From Candidatus Freyarchaeum deiterrae (GTDB taxonomy: Archaea > Asgardarchaeota > Jordiarchaeia > Jordiarchaeales > Jordiarchaeaceae), in the NCBI GenBank assembly GCA_037305845.1, contig CP147778.1, positions 224,001-288,000 of the forward strand: 64,000 nt of DNA. Reading direction: 5' to 3'. A program made the translations under genes and the position numbers. Shown here one piece after another: positions 32,501-43,600 of the stretch. Each line of letters begins with the position of its first letter. The stretch's first letter is position 1. Under the pieces are notes generated by a model, which saw only the letters and a list, made by a program, of their open reading frames with translations, was not told the origin of the DNA and searched no databases.

Positions 32501-35500
32501 ATAGAATTGGGATGCGGGGATTTGAACAAAGATTTTATCGGATGCATCATTGGTAGGATAGATAGGTACGCAGAGGAGAATAAGGATGAAGAAGGTATAT
32601 GCCGCTTGGATGATAAACATCACAGGTTGGTTTCAGATTGTTTGTATAGACTGACCAAAATATCTCAGTTTAGGGGATATGAAGGAATCCTAAAGAAGAG
32701 AATATTGCCTGTAGATTATCGTAACTCATTGATTCTTTCTACTCCTCCAAGATGGGACACGGTAAAAGGAGAATGGCGACTTGAAAAATATGATAGGGAT
32801 TGGCCTTGGGTTAGACCCGAACTAAACTTTTTGAATGAAGGGGCATCTTCGGTTTGGAAATCAATCCAATTCGTTCATCTCCATGAGGATTTCCAAGACG
32901 CTGAGAAATTGATAATAAGGGAGTTCGGGATAGAACGCCTTAATATTAGAGCATTGATTATGCACTTCCTATTACCAAGGGACGAGCCTAGGACTTCCCT
33001 CTTCTTTGATGATTCATTAATCGCATTCATTGGACCTTCCCATAAGATGAATAATACCGATAAAATCAAAAAAACTTTTCTTGGTTATTTGAATGAATAT
33101 TATAAGGAAAGTAAACATGCGGGTGAGAAACTGTCCATTGAAGATAAACCGTGTCTCTACGATGACAAACCAGTGCCAGTCTGGAGAACGCCAAAAGAAT
33201 TCGCCTTCAAAATAAATGAGGATTTGGAGGTATTGGGATACAATAACCTTAGCGAGGACTTCTCTGAAGAGGGAGGATGGGATAGAAAGACGCTCACAAA
33301 TATGGGGGTTGTGGACAGACTTGAATTCGAGATTATAGGGAAAGCAATCCGTAGATACTCTGCCGAAGACAGGAACACTGATACGGATAGAGTGATACTG
33401 AGAACTCTTATACTCTGCTTACGTGAAAGAATAGGCACTTACGATGATTGGAAGAAACTATCTGATGTAAAATGGGTGCCTACTATAGATGGCAAGTGGA
33501 ACAAGCCAAGCTCCGCACTTCCTCTTACAGAAAAAATTGGAAAGTTGATTGGTGATTATAAGCTCAATTCTCTTATCGACTTTGCGTCTTTAAAAGGTGA
33601 AGAGGAGGATGAATTATCGAAGTTCACTGAAGAGGACTTCAAAAATATTGGTTTCAGGAACACCCCTACTTTTGATGAATTGATAGAAGTATGGACGCAT
33701 TACCAGAATGAAAAGAAAAGCCCACCACCAGAACTCTTTGACGAACTCGAAAATAGGTTCCGGGGGAATAAGGAAAAGTTTCTACATACGAAATATACGG
33801 GTGAAATATTATATTTCGTAGATGATGAATGGAAAGACCCAAAATTTGTGGTAATGGGCAAACGGGAAGATTTCCCAGAACCGATAAGAGAAAGATTCGC
33901 ATTCACGAGTAAACATGAGAACCTGTTAAAATGGATGCGTGGAGAGCTAGATACAGAAGAAAGACCCAGGATTAAAGTGAAGGACGCACTTGCGATAGTG
34001 GACGACCTTTCTGATGAGGAGATGAAATCTGTCTGGGATTTTATCATAGCCCGACGGACCGAAATAGATGAAGGATTGAAAAATGAGTTCAAGGAAAAGA
34101 AGATTTTCCTTTATGATGACCAACGTTATGCTCCCATCAGGATATTGATTCCATCGAGTGACGTAACTGGTCTAAAGTTCAAAGGGAAGCTCGGGAACTG
34201 GCTGTCAATCGGTTCTGAGACTAGTCGGAAGGCAATGGACACGCTGTCCAGCCTAGGAGCACAAGAATTAGATAAAATCATCCATGAACAAATCAACCTG
34301 CAGGATTTAATAAAATGTATGATAACCGAAAAACCCAGACCGGGGATGACTCTTTGGTCCGACTACCTCCTGGTAATATCGAAAATGATTGATGGAGGGG
34401 TTACAATCCCCACCGATTTTGAGGCAGTTCCTTTTGAACAATCTTCTGAAATAGTCTTTAAAGCGCCGAAGGAAATCCTGTTAAGGGATAACTCAGGAGT
34501 ATGGGAGCTGTTCCAAAATGAGAACAGGTTGAATATCTTAGATCCTACCTTGTTCTTGGATGAGAAGATATCTGCGGATAAGTTGGAAAGTTGGTTAAGA
34601 AGATGTGGTGCAAGAAACTTCAAAAAGGTCTTGGGGGGCATCCAAGAACCACATATAAGCGAAGCGGAGCAAGAAACTAATCTTACAGATGACTTCAAAA
34701 ATGCGTTGAAAAGACTTGAAGAGAGTGTCAGCTCAGAGTTTGAGGTTGATGATCAAAATCTCATCAATCAAAAGATAAGTGGATTACGAGAAGCAATCAT
34801 ATACTCATGCAAGAAGATAGTGCGATTATATGAAATAGACATGACCCAAATCGATGGTGGTCCCTCTATATCCAAGGAGATATCCCAATCCTGCTATTTA
34901 GCGAAGAATAATACAAGATGGATTATCTTTATGGGAAAAGATTCCGAGAACTATATGTTAGACCTAGAAAAGATGGTTAGAGAGGATTTCAACCCTGGCT
35001 TTGGAGATATATACCGAAAGAGATTTTGGGAGAGTACAGTAAAATCCGCTTTCTTTGACCAAGCAACAGATATAACTCGTGAGCGGGTATTACCTAATTT
35101 AGCTGAAAACATAAGTAAGCTAGATAAGTGGTGGAGTATCTATCTCTCAGACCCAAATAAATCGTCTTTCCCTACGCTAGATGGTGATTTTTGGTGGCCT
35201 GCCCTTGGTCTTGATGACGAAGGTAATGAAGAAAAAAGAGTGGCTATATTGAAAGGTGAACTGCTGAAGAATAGAAAGGTGATGTTCAACTTATTTTCAA
35301 TGGCTACTTTATTGAGCGCAAACGTTCAGAGAAATCAAATAAAGAGCTTCTTGGATATCCTAAAGGGCAAAGGGCTGTCATTCAGTGAGATGTACGATAT
35401 GGAGGAAGAAGAGGTCATTAGAAAGATGATTGATGATATGTTTGGGGATATCGACAGTAAAGGTCTCACAGAGAACATCTACCCTGAACTCAGACGTCGG

Positions 35501-35986
35501 ATATTTGATATTCTGACCTTGAGAAGGGCGATGAAGGATGAAATCATAGGTGGGAACATACTAAGCATGATAAAATCTTATGAAGATGATGGCATTTCCC
35601 CTGAGCTTTTCTTTACCCGTGGCCGAGGGTATGGAGCAAAACCATTCATGAAAGGGTTCAAAGGAATGTTCACAGGGCAAATATATTTCTTCGTAAGAGA
35701 GATGGCCAGGCTCGGGCTCGCGGACAAATGGAAAGAAATAGCTTTCCATACCCCGTCTCAGGTGAGGAAATTGATTGATAACTTGGGCGGAAGAGTACCC
35801 TCAGAGTCCAAGGATGGTTGGAGAGAAGGTTTGGCCCAATCCATGATGCGCTCTATAAATGATTACCCCAATCTGAATGGATGGTACGATATCCCATTTT
35901 TCATATATTATGACGAGTTCTGTAGAGAATGCATGCGAGGTAATCCTCCGCATGAATGCGAGATGAATTGTTATCAACGTGAGTGA
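29597..35986 (+). CDS. Giant sacsin-N-like GHKL ATPase protein with N-terminal Zn ribbon and C-terminal Cys cluster
   Basis: GHKL motifs LRELVQNADD, VYNDG..F, GNFGTGF, GAVFRLP; CSRC...CSEC at the N-terminus; CRECMRGNPPHECEMNC at the C-terminus; overlaps the next gene by 8 nt. Confidence 0.85.
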   Translation: MESGEFLRCSRCGKLTDVRKSDVEESEWDRYVCSECEGEEYGQVFVNWIQDRISPSTSEDTTGRFVLRELVQNADDVEAEIMVLRFCKKALYVYNDGFGFRSSVDNGPGDFERISSVLAKPKEKEFYTSGNFGTGFQTVYLFTNFPEVHSNGKSFRYDPTGPKKEALAGKDKIGSPYHDRKNKGAVFRLPWRTERNAVVKDKFFKDKELWKRWDEDDTYELFKELREYLHDSLLCCQHLKKIRIIWEGDNVNEGYQAERDFILKYIDNDGKIGKVTEGKGRGGLLPEDWKYEDKKEFKYFIGSTFVSNRSVKEDNITIIHIKNEDDKTSKMDIKTLTGSSCRLCKESYERYFESLKKENAIKKSDIHILIPLFKWEKRVGEKRRKAWTYSVIPLPKESGNNFTFTAHLFPKQTRESFEIHQEEAKREWLENVLQSGARLFLRTYELYIKMVHGMEELDDETKQAMILDYLPAQKLSDWVKVPLDDTEKKAKFLFGWDRIPGNDNDRLRETLIHDFGIDWAKNAKIEKTDRGKIIRVITVKNQILLKLNDENTEVSLIYGARTSRLSVKMENNDINIYEPPLDEYVFAEVFSKEILVSDGEWHTPLGSEEFIPFPRNEKERWLLDKMDIVTFTDSFLKHPRFKELQEFRKRLMDEIAMTDGRFESYYNKYFFDQIKDTNGKVTYGSATIDKELIENLIEHCLVSPCARIMDSLKIIPNKQGTLCSPKELRKEPEGDFRELRSIIPSYLYPHEDFESKVKVYINEINDPIELLEGIKENKVILENDTKLTRMCYEWLEKSDKKLPKDIKDYPLVLDDNGHMVPINDVFWTPTHHHDLIKDFLISQKGESHLVSKSILTDFEDFICKSLKVQILDYHEIITKYRNAIEGTEQQKIELQAIMAEGIMLGLANRSWQADEVNELHFLPVNGVLEIPRNACVGSVNDKELDSFLGSIDGYVQEMIEKSGYKKAIIELGCGDLNKDFIGCIIGRIDRYAEENKDEEGICRLDDKHHRLVSDCLYRLTKISQFRGYEGILKKRILPVDYRNSLILSTPPRWDTVKGEWRLEKYDRDWPWVRPELNFLNEGASSVWKSIQFVHLHEDFQDAEKLIIREFGIERLNIRALIMHFLLPRDEPRTSLFFDDSLIAFIGPSHKMNNTDKIKKTFLGYLNEYYKESKHAGEKLSIEDKPCLYDDKPVPVWRTPKEFAFKINEDLEVLGYNNLSEDFSEEGGWDRKTLTNMGVVDRLEFEIIGKAIRRYSAEDRNTDTDRVILRTLILCLRERIGTYDDWKKLSDVKWVPTIDGKWNKPSSALPLTEKIGKLIGDYKLNSLIDFASLKGEEEDELSKFTEEDFKNIGFRNTPTFDELIEVWTHYQNEKKSPPPELFDELENRFRGNKEKFLHTKYTGEILYFVDDEWKDPKFVVMGKREDFPEPIRERFAFTSKHENLLKWMRGELDTEERPRIKVKDALAIVDDLSDEEMKSVWDFIIARRTEIDEGLKNEFKEKKIFLYDDQRYAPIRILIPSSDVTGLKFKGKLGNWLSIGSETSRKAMDTLSSLGAQELDKIIHEQINLQDLIKCMITEKPRPGMTLWSDYLLVISKMIDGGVTIPTDFEAVPFEQSSEIVFKAPKEILLRDNSGVWELFQNENRLNILDPTLFLDEKISADKLESWLRRCGARNFKKVLGGIQEPHISEAEQETNLTDDFKNALKRLEESVSSEFEVDDQNLINQKISGLREAIIYSCKKIVRLYEIDMTQIDGGPSISKEISQSCYLAKNNTRWIIFMGKDSENYMLDLEKMVREDFNPGFGDIYRKRFWESTVKSAFFDQATDITRERVLPNLAENISKLDKWWSIYLSDPNKSSFPTLDGDFWWPALGLDDEGNEEKRVAILKGELLKNRKVMFNLFSMATLLSANVQRNQIKSFLDILKGKGLSFSEMYDMEEEEVIRKMIDDMFGDIDSKGLTENIYPELRRRIFDILTLRRAMKDEIIGGNILSMIKSYEDDGISPELFFTRGRGYGAKPFMKGFKGMFTGQIYFFVREMARLGLADKWKEIAFHTPSQVRKLIDNLGGRVPSESKDGWREGLAQSMMRSINDYPNLNGWYDIPFFIYYDEFCRECMRGNPPHECEMNCYQRE

Positions 35987-38654
35987 TTCGAGATTGGTAA
36001 AGAGGGTAAAAGACAGACTGGGTAGGTATCATAATATCGGTAAAGTTCTGGCGGAAGAGTTATTTGGTGGTTTCCTCCAGTATGTGGTGGACTTTGGGGA
36101 GGAAGGGATACAAAGGCTGAAAGTCGATGAACTGGATATAATACCCTTGGAAGAAAGATTGTACGATGGTAACTATAACTTGAAAGAATTCATCCTCAGG
36201 ATAAAAGCTTCACTGATGTTCAATGATGATATAAAGACTGGGTGTGTATCCAGAATGAAACTTGACCTGATACCACACCAGATAATAATGGCAGATAAGG
36301 TCATGAACACAAAATCCAAAGGGTTCCTTATCGCAGATGATGTGGGACTTGGCAAAACGATAGAAGCGGGACTAGTAATCCGTTCCATGATAGCTCATGG
36401 AAGGGCGGACAGGATTCTACTTCTCTGTCCTGCAAATCTAGCGCCTCAGTGGAGGGAACAGTTATCAGAACGCTTTGATGAGTGGTTCGATATATTAAGG
36501 ACAGAGATGAACATCACCGATCCAAGGAAATGGGACTATAGTCCTAGGATGATAGCAAGCATCCAGACACTCAGGTTACCACAACACAGAGATATACTGT
36601 TGGAGAGCGTACTGGACTGGGATCTCGTAATAGTAGATGAGGCGCACCACTTAACAGCAAGGGAGTATGCCTCGAAAATCACCTCAAAAATCGATAAGAA
36701 CAAGAGCTATCAGTTGCTCGACAGACTTAGAGAGAGGAGCAAGTTCTTTCTCTTCCTGACGGCTACCCCACATCAAGGTGAGGACGATAGGTTCGCCATG
36801 TTGTTAAGGCTACTTGACCCGGAACATATCAAGAACACTAAGGATCTAGATGGTCTCGGTCCCAAGATAAACGAGTTGATGGGGAGGAACATAAAGTCTG
36901 AGGTCACGGATTTTGAGGGTAACCAACTGTTCAAAGGGCATGATATGTTCAGACATGAGGTCATGCCTACTTTGGAGTATTCATCTTTCTTGGAAGAGTT
37001 GAAACAGTACGTGAATGATGGATTTATATCGTTGGATGAGCAAAAAGGTAACCGTTTAAGTGCGGAGGGCTTCGTCCTCACATCATTCTTGAAGTTAGCC
37101 GCTTCAAGTCCGGAGGCCATAAGGAGGACATTGACCAATAGATATGACAACTTAAAGAAAGTAAGCGTTGTGTCAGCCGTCAGTTCTGAGCATGACGATA
37201 GGTTTGAAGGGGAGTATGAGGAGAAATCTGCGTCAGAAGCGAAAGAACTTTTCGAGGGTGAAAGAAAAAGGATTGAGAACCTTATTAACAAATTGAAGAA
37301 TATCAGAGATACAAAATTAGCGGAACTGGACGAGATACTTGAGCAAGAGGGTATACTTCATGACAAAGACAAAAGGATTCTGATATTCACAGAATACCGT
37401 GGTACACAGGAAATGATTAAGAACCACTTAGAAGCAAATTTTGAGAAAGGGTCGGTACTACTGATGAATGGGGACATGGACGCTAACCAGAAGAGAAACG
37501 TGGTGAAGAAGTTCGATACCGAGAAAAGGTTCCTTGTATCGACAGAGGCTGGTGGAGAGGGCATCGATCTTCAAAACAATTGCCATATCATGGTCAATTA
37601 CGACATACCATGGAACCCTATGAGGTTGCACCAGAGGACGGGTAGGCTAGACAGATACGGCCAAAAAGAAAAGGTTCATGTGCACTACATTGTCGTTAAA
37701 GGAACGATAGATGAAAAGATACAGCTTTTCCTAAAGGAGAAAATCGAGCGAATAGAGAGAAGATTGGGCGATTTGAAAGGCGACAAAGCAGAAAGACTAC
37801 GTGAAGATGTACTTGGCCAACTAACATTGTCCAGAGATGACATATCAAAGCTATATCTTTCAAATATCAAAGAATCTGAGGAAAGGTTAGAAAAGAACAT
37901 AGAAAATGCTATCGAATCGCTTAAAAGACAGGAGAGCATATTCAAAGAGATAAAAAGGTTCGACCTGAAAGAATTCAGAAAAATAAAATCTGAATATGAA
38001 CTTGGAAATCTTGAAGAACTCATTAGACAATATCTAGCATCTATGCACAAACGGATGGTCGAAGAGGGGGATGGCGTCGTTCACTTCGATATACCTGACG
38101 AAATAAGTGATATGAAGGTCTTCCACGGCAGAAGACTCAATATGTCTAAAATCAGAGGGACGTTCGATAGAGTTAAATCTGGAAAGCTTGGCATAGATTT
38201 GCTTGGCACAGGGAACGAGTACATAGATGCCATGTTGGACAGGATGATTAAAAGGGCTGACAGCGGTGATGTGTTAGCCTCAAGGATATATGTGGATGAA
38301 GGGCATATGCTCGATGGGAAAAGAGGGCTACTAGCATCCTACATAGTGACATCCACTCCCACTGTAGGGGGGAAACAAAGTTTTGATGGTGTCGAGTTCA
38401 TTTTTTATAATCCCGATGAGGAAAGATTGTATGATTCACAAGAGGACTTGAGGGAAATCCTAAAAACCATATGTGATGAGCGAAGGCACCATATGCTGAA
38501 TCCGCATGATGTTCCAGATGAAAATAAGATTGTTAGCATCGCCAAGGAAATCGAGAACTTCATAAACGGGAAAATCCGTGATGGTCGTATAGGTTCTGTG
38601 AACATGAACTCAATAGCTTGGTTGGAATTCTATGGGCAGAAGCCGCTCGCTTGA
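35979..38654 (+). CDS. drmD: SNF2/RapA-like helicase, DrmD-like
   Basis: Motifs PHQ, LIADDVGLGKTIEAG, DEAHH, LTATPHQG, STEAGGEGIDLQ, PWNPMRLHQRTGRLDRYGQ; located in the drmABC operon. Confidence 0.85.
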   Translation: MSDSRLVKRVKDRLGRYHNIGKVLAEELFGGFLQYVVDFGEEGIQRLKVDELDIIPLEERLYDGNYNLKEFILRIKASLMFNDDIKTGCVSRMKLDLIPHQIIMADKVMNTKSKGFLIADDVGLGKTIEAGLVIRSMIAHGRADRILLLCPANLAPQWREQLSERFDEWFDILRTEMNITDPRKWDYSPRMIASIQTLRLPQHRDILLESVLDWDLVIVDEAHHLTAREYASKITSKIDKNKSYQLLDRLRERSKFFLFLTATPHQGEDDRFAMLLRLLDPEHIKNTKDLDGLGPKINELMGRNIKSEVTDFEGNQLFKGHDMFRHEVMPTLEYSSFLEELKQYVNDGFISLDEQKGNRLSAEGFVLTSFLKLAASSPEAIRRTLTNRYDNLKKVSVVSAVSSEHDDRFEGEYEEKSASEAKELFEGERKRIENLINKLKNIRDTKLAELDEILEQEGILHDKDKRILIFTEYRGTQEMIKNHLEANFEKGSVLLMNGDMDANQKRNVVKKFDTEKRFLVSTEAGGEGIDLQNNCHIMVNYDIPWNPMRLHQRTGRLDRYGQKEKVHVHYIVVKGTIDEKIQLFLKEKIERIERRLGDLKGDKAERLREDVLGQLTLSRDDISKLYLSNIKESEERLEKNIENAIESLKRQESIFKEIKRFDLKEFRKIKSEYELGNLEELIRQYLASMHKRMVEEGDGVVHFDIPDEISDMKVFHGRRLNMSKIRGTFDRVKSGKLGIDLLGTGNEYIDAMLDRMIKRADSGDVLASRIYVDEGHMLDGKRGLLASYIVTSTPTVGGKQSFDGVEFIFYNPDEERLYDSQEDLREILKTICDERRHHMLNPHDVPDENKIVSIAKEIENFINGKIRDGRIGSVNMNSIAWLEFYGQKPLA

Positions 38655-38767
38655 ATTGAAAGGTTTATAGATATGGACACCCAGAATAAAGAGATTAATA
38701 ATATATGAAAGGAAATAAAAATCGTTACGGTAATTTGTCCAAATAGAAAAAAGAGGATGAACTTGAG

Positions 38768-40612
38768 ATGGGATTGAAGGTGGCAGATTTTTTCTGTGGT
38801 GCGGGTGGCTTTTCCGAAGGTTTCAGACAGATGGGATTTGAGATAGTTTATGGGACTGACATATGGCCACATGCAGTAGAGACTTTTCGAAAGAACTTCC
38901 CTGAGGCTGATGTACCAGACCCTATCGACATATTAGACATAGAGATAAAAGACTTACCTGATGTAGATGTGATAATTGGCGGTCCCCCCTGTACTTTTTT
39001 CTCTCCATCAAATAACGGTGGGAATGGCAATACCGACAAAGGTATGAGACTGGTAAAAGGGTTTCTAAAGATAATAGATGAAATGAACCCTAAATGGTGG
39101 ATAATGGAGAATGTTCCAAGACTATCACTGACTTTACCTAAAAGCATCTCTCTCTATGATTCAGCGATTGGGAAGAAAGACAAGTGTTTCGAAATACCAA
39201 ATAGAAATGTATTGAACGCTGCAGATTATGGGGTACCTCAAGGAAGAAAAAGACTTTTCGTAGGGAACTATCCATCGCCTAAGCCGTCCCACTCAGACAA
39301 AGGAGAAGGAGGAACGGAGCAATGGAGACTGATGCGGGATGTTATAGAAGGCCTGCCTTATCCACTGGACGAAGAGAACAGTAGTAATGTTAACGACCCC
39401 CTCTACACAGGAATCACATTGGATTGTGATGAATTCACTGAACATAGGTACGATACCTTCCTTACAAAGATAGAGGTAGAAGAAGCGAAGAGATTGAAAA
39501 CCAGACACAGGTATTATGGAAAGATAAACTTCCCGGACGATATCGACAGACCAGCAAGGACCGTTATGGCTTCGATTAGCAGAACAAGCAGAGAGATGAT
39601 GGTTATTAAAGAGAATAGAGGTAGTAAGGAAGGATATAGGATTCCGACCTTACGGGAATGTGCCTCCCTTCAATCTTTCCCTATTACCTACCAGTTTTGG
39701 GCTCAGAACATCTCTCCGAAATACAAATTGGTAGGCAACGCTGTCCCTCCCATGTTATCGAGGGCGATAGCTAGAGCGATACTGATTGTTGAAGGACGTA
39801 CCCCTCCAGATGAACCAATTATTCGAAAGAAAGTGACCGAGATACCTGAAGTTCTACCTGTTGATGCAATCTCCAGAGGAAGGCTAAGAACCAATTATCG
39901 CCTCAACAGACATTATTGCGACTTCATAGATCATCATGCCAACCATTCAAGAACTGGTTGCCGTATAGATATTGATAACGAAGGTAAGCGGCCAAAAGAA
40001 CACCCTATGTATAGTGGAAAACATGGTTGGAGGAGAAAAGTGATACGGCATATCAAGGAATGGAGGTGCGTCCTATATACTGGGTACGCTAAGAATGCCG
40101 AGAACATGGTAGTTTCTTTGAAAGATGCTTTGAGCTTATTGAATGACAGCAACCCACTAGAGTTCAATAAAAAGATGACTTGCATCATTGACGATATTAT
40201 TAATAAAAAGATACATGAGATACCAGACGCAACAACGTGCCAGGGTATATTGTCGGGTAAGGTCAAGGGCATAAAGGAGAGCCCCCTTTGGATTAGAAAA
40301 ATGTTGACGAAAATCGTAAATGATAATTTTCCTGAAAAAGAAAAAACAACGAACAAAATCAAAGATTATGGACGTATCCATGTCAGATCGGAAATAATGT
40401 TAACTCAGAGAGATGCAGCACAGTTGATAATAGCAGCTCTTACATGTGCCGTGATGAATGAGAGCGATGTATGGTTATTAGAGAACTGGGGTAAGCACTT
40501 TTGGTTGAAGGAATGGCCAGTAATTGAGAAACTCCCTTACAAAGAATCTAAATGGGTAAAAAAAATCGAGGGAAAAATAAAGATGCATAAATGGTCAGGC
40601 GATACGAATTGA
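38768..40612 (+). CDS. DNA (cytosine-5) methyltransferase, DrmMII-like role, with ~270-aa C-terminal extension
   Basis: Motif I DFFCGAGG, IV GGPPC, VI ENV, VIII PQGRKR, IX RECASLQSFP, X VGNAVPP. Confidence 0.95.
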   Translation: MGLKVADFFCGAGGFSEGFRQMGFEIVYGTDIWPHAVETFRKNFPEADVPDPIDILDIEIKDLPDVDVIIGGPPCTFFSPSNNGGNGNTDKGMRLVKGFLKIIDEMNPKWWIMENVPRLSLTLPKSISLYDSAIGKKDKCFEIPNRNVLNAADYGVPQGRKRLFVGNYPSPKPSHSDKGEGGTEQWRLMRDVIEGLPYPLDEENSSNVNDPLYTGITLDCDEFTEHRYDTFLTKIEVEEAKRLKTRHRYYGKINFPDDIDRPARTVMASISRTSREMMVIKENRGSKEGYRIPTLRECASLQSFPITYQFWAQNISPKYKLVGNAVPPMLSRAIARAILIVEGRTPPDEPIIRKKVTEIPEVLPVDAISRGRLRTNYRLNRHYCDFIDHHANHSRTGCRIDIDNEGKRPKEHPMYSGKHGWRRKVIRHIKEWRCVLYTGYAKNAENMVVSLKDALSLLNDSNPLEFNKKMTCIIDDIINKKIHEIPDATTCQGILSGKVKGIKESPLWIRKMLTKIVNDNFPEKEKTTNKIKDYGRIHVRSEIMLTQRDAAQLIIAALTCAVMNESDVWLLENWGKHFWLKEWPVIEKLPYKESKWVKKIEGKIKMHKWSGDTN

Positions 40613-43600
40613 CGAAAGCGGAAGTAAGAAAGCAACTAGTTAAGAACTTGGAAAGAGATTTGCTTGGCCCAAAGAAAGGGCCGGATGAAGAATTCATGGA
40701 ACTACCCACACAACGATATGTAATTGGTATTCTTTTCCCTTCAAGTACACCGATAGGTCCAGAACAGGACATAAACAATCCTCCTGAAGGGGAGGACGAT
40801 GAAGAATATAGCCCGATGTATAGAACTCCCCTTGAAAACGAGCTCCGTCCCTCGTCCATGGGAATGTCGTTCATCGTTGATAAGAATATTACATCACTGC
40901 CCGTCGAGATAAGATGGGCGACATATATACAAAAAGAAGAATATGGTTCTTTCAGGCGGTGTGAACACACAGTCTCTATGGAACTTGATGTATCTGCCGA
41001 TGACCTCAAGGGGGATGAGCCTCTTTACAGAAAAGATATGGCTGATGCTAAAGAATTCAGAGTGTTCTGGAGGACATACAGAGGAGAGAAGGAAGATCGT
41101 CCTGTTAGCGTCTTTCTCTGGAACAAGGAAACTACTTCATCGAACAAAGCGGAGCTGTCCCAGCGATGTATGTTCTCTCCTTCAATAAGGATAGAGTTCA
41201 AAGACAGGTTCATCATCGCAAGAAAGAGGATGACGATTGCCAGTGAGGAGGAGGATTTGAAATCCCTAAATCTCCTTTATCATGATAGACATGAGTTCGG
41301 CGTTGGTCATGGTTGTTCAATAATGTGGATGGATGTACAGGGGAACCGCTGTGGGCTCATTGAGACGACATTCATGCCAACGTATCATTGGCAACCCTTG
41401 TCGTTTAGGGAGGAAGAATATCCTTTTTATATGAAGAATATGTCAGAAAAAAAAAGGAAAGAACAAATCCAGGAAGAACTTGAACTGTTAAAGTCTTATG
41501 AGGAGTGGATATCTGGAACGTTCTCTGAAGTTGAGAAGAATCAATTAGAGCCTATGTTCCACGAGACCTTTGACAGACATAAGAATGAATGCATGACATC
41601 CCTCGTCAGGATTAAAAAGGGCATCGAACTGTTAGAAGATGACCAAGTTTTCAACGCATTCTGCTTTATGAACGAAGCGATGTTCCTTCAAAGGGCATAT
41701 TACGACGCTGCTGTTGAATATAGAAAAGAGGGCAAAAAGTTCAAAGATCCTTCTCTCACAGATTCGAAGGTAATCGCGAAGCATAGATGGAGACCGTTCC
41801 AAATCGCTTTCATTCTACAGGCCATCCCAGGGATTGTGAATCCCAACGATGATGATCGAAAGATTGTAGACCTTCTCTGGATTCCTACAGGAGGAGGTAA
41901 GACAGAGGCGTATCTAGGTCTTGCCGCCTTTACTATGGCATACAGGAGGCTAAAAAGCAAGGCGCTAGAAGACTATGCAGGTGTTAGCGTCATGATGAGA
42001 TACACGCTACGCCTCTTAACTATACAACAATTCCAAAGAGCCGGAGCTTTGATGTGCGCTTGCGAAGCCATCAGGGACAAGAACAAAGCTAAATGGGGTG
42101 AAATTCCGTTCCTTGTTGGACTTTTCGTCGGTCAAAGCACCACTCCGAACATCATAGGTAAAAAGAATGATTATGTCAAGTACAATGAAGACGGATGGAA
42201 AAACAAAAATTGTGAAGATACTGCATATTATGCATTGGAATATTGGAAAAAGGAACATCAGAAACCTACGGGTAGTAATCCTTTCCAATTGTTATACTGT
42301 CCTTGGTGCGGTGAGGAGCTTACTGAAAAGAGCTATACGATTGACGATGAAAAACAAAATGTAATCACACATTGCGTTCGAGACGGGTGCCTTTTCAAAC
42401 TTCTGGAAATCCCTGCGATAACAGTAGACGAAGATGTATACAATCGCCTCCCCTCTATGGTCATAGGCACAGTTGACAAATTCGCCATGCTCCCGTTCAG
42501 CCCCAAAATAGGTAAAATGTTCGGGCACGTAGACAGGTACTGCCCTACACATGGCTTTCTCTGCCGAACCGAGAATCATTCAGATTCGCATAAGAGCGGT
42601 GTGCAAGTGCGTTCAATAAGGAATCCGCTTAACCCGCCTAATCTGATTATACAGGATGAACTGCACCTTATCAATGGGCCGTTGGGTAGCATGGTCGGCA
42701 TTTATGAAAGTACAGTAGATAGGCTTTGTTCCAGAAATATTGGAACTGTTATCGTAAAGCCTAAGGTCATCGCGTCGACTGCAACAATACGAAGAGCAAG
42801 GGATCAGGTCTGGAACATCTTCGCAAGGGATGTCAAGCGTTTCCCTGCTCCTGGGACCGAGTTCTCAGATTCTTTCTTCGTTAAGGAAGTCCAAGATGAT
42901 AACAATGCCAAGCAATTCATAGGTGTTTTCCCCTCGGGGATAGGTCAGAAAACCGTAATGAAGAGAACGTTATCCAGCCTTCTATTATCTGCGTTGGAAT
43001 TTAATAAGAAAGGTTCACCAGTGGAGGACTGGGACGAATATTGGACCTTGGTTTCCTATTTCAATAGTATCCGCGAACTTGGCAGTGCTAAGACAACAAT
43101 CGAGGACGATGTTAACAGTGCTGTTAAAGAAAGGAGAAAAATATTACCAATCGATGAACTTACAAGCAGAATCAACTCTAAGGATTTACCATCCATTTTG
43201 GCAAAACTTAACATCAGAGGGGACACTGACAAAGCCGTCAACATCTTGGCATGTTCCAACATGTTCTCGGTCGGTGTCGACGTCCAGCGACTTGGGTTGA
43301 TGGTAATGAACAACCAGCCAAAAGCGACATCAGAATACATCCAATCTACAGGGAGGGTAGGAAGGAACAAGTCAGGGTTGGTCATAGTGTTATATAATTG
43401 GGTGAGACCAAGGGATCAATCACATTATGAAAGGTTCTATGATTACCATAACAGGATACAATCATATGTGGAAGCCATGACCGTGACCCCGTTCTCAGAA
43501 GGCGCTAGTGAACGCGCCCTGCATGCCCAATATGTGAGCATGATAAGGATATTGAGCGATGCGCAATTGTCACGCCAGTCAGAAGCAGGTAATTTCAATT

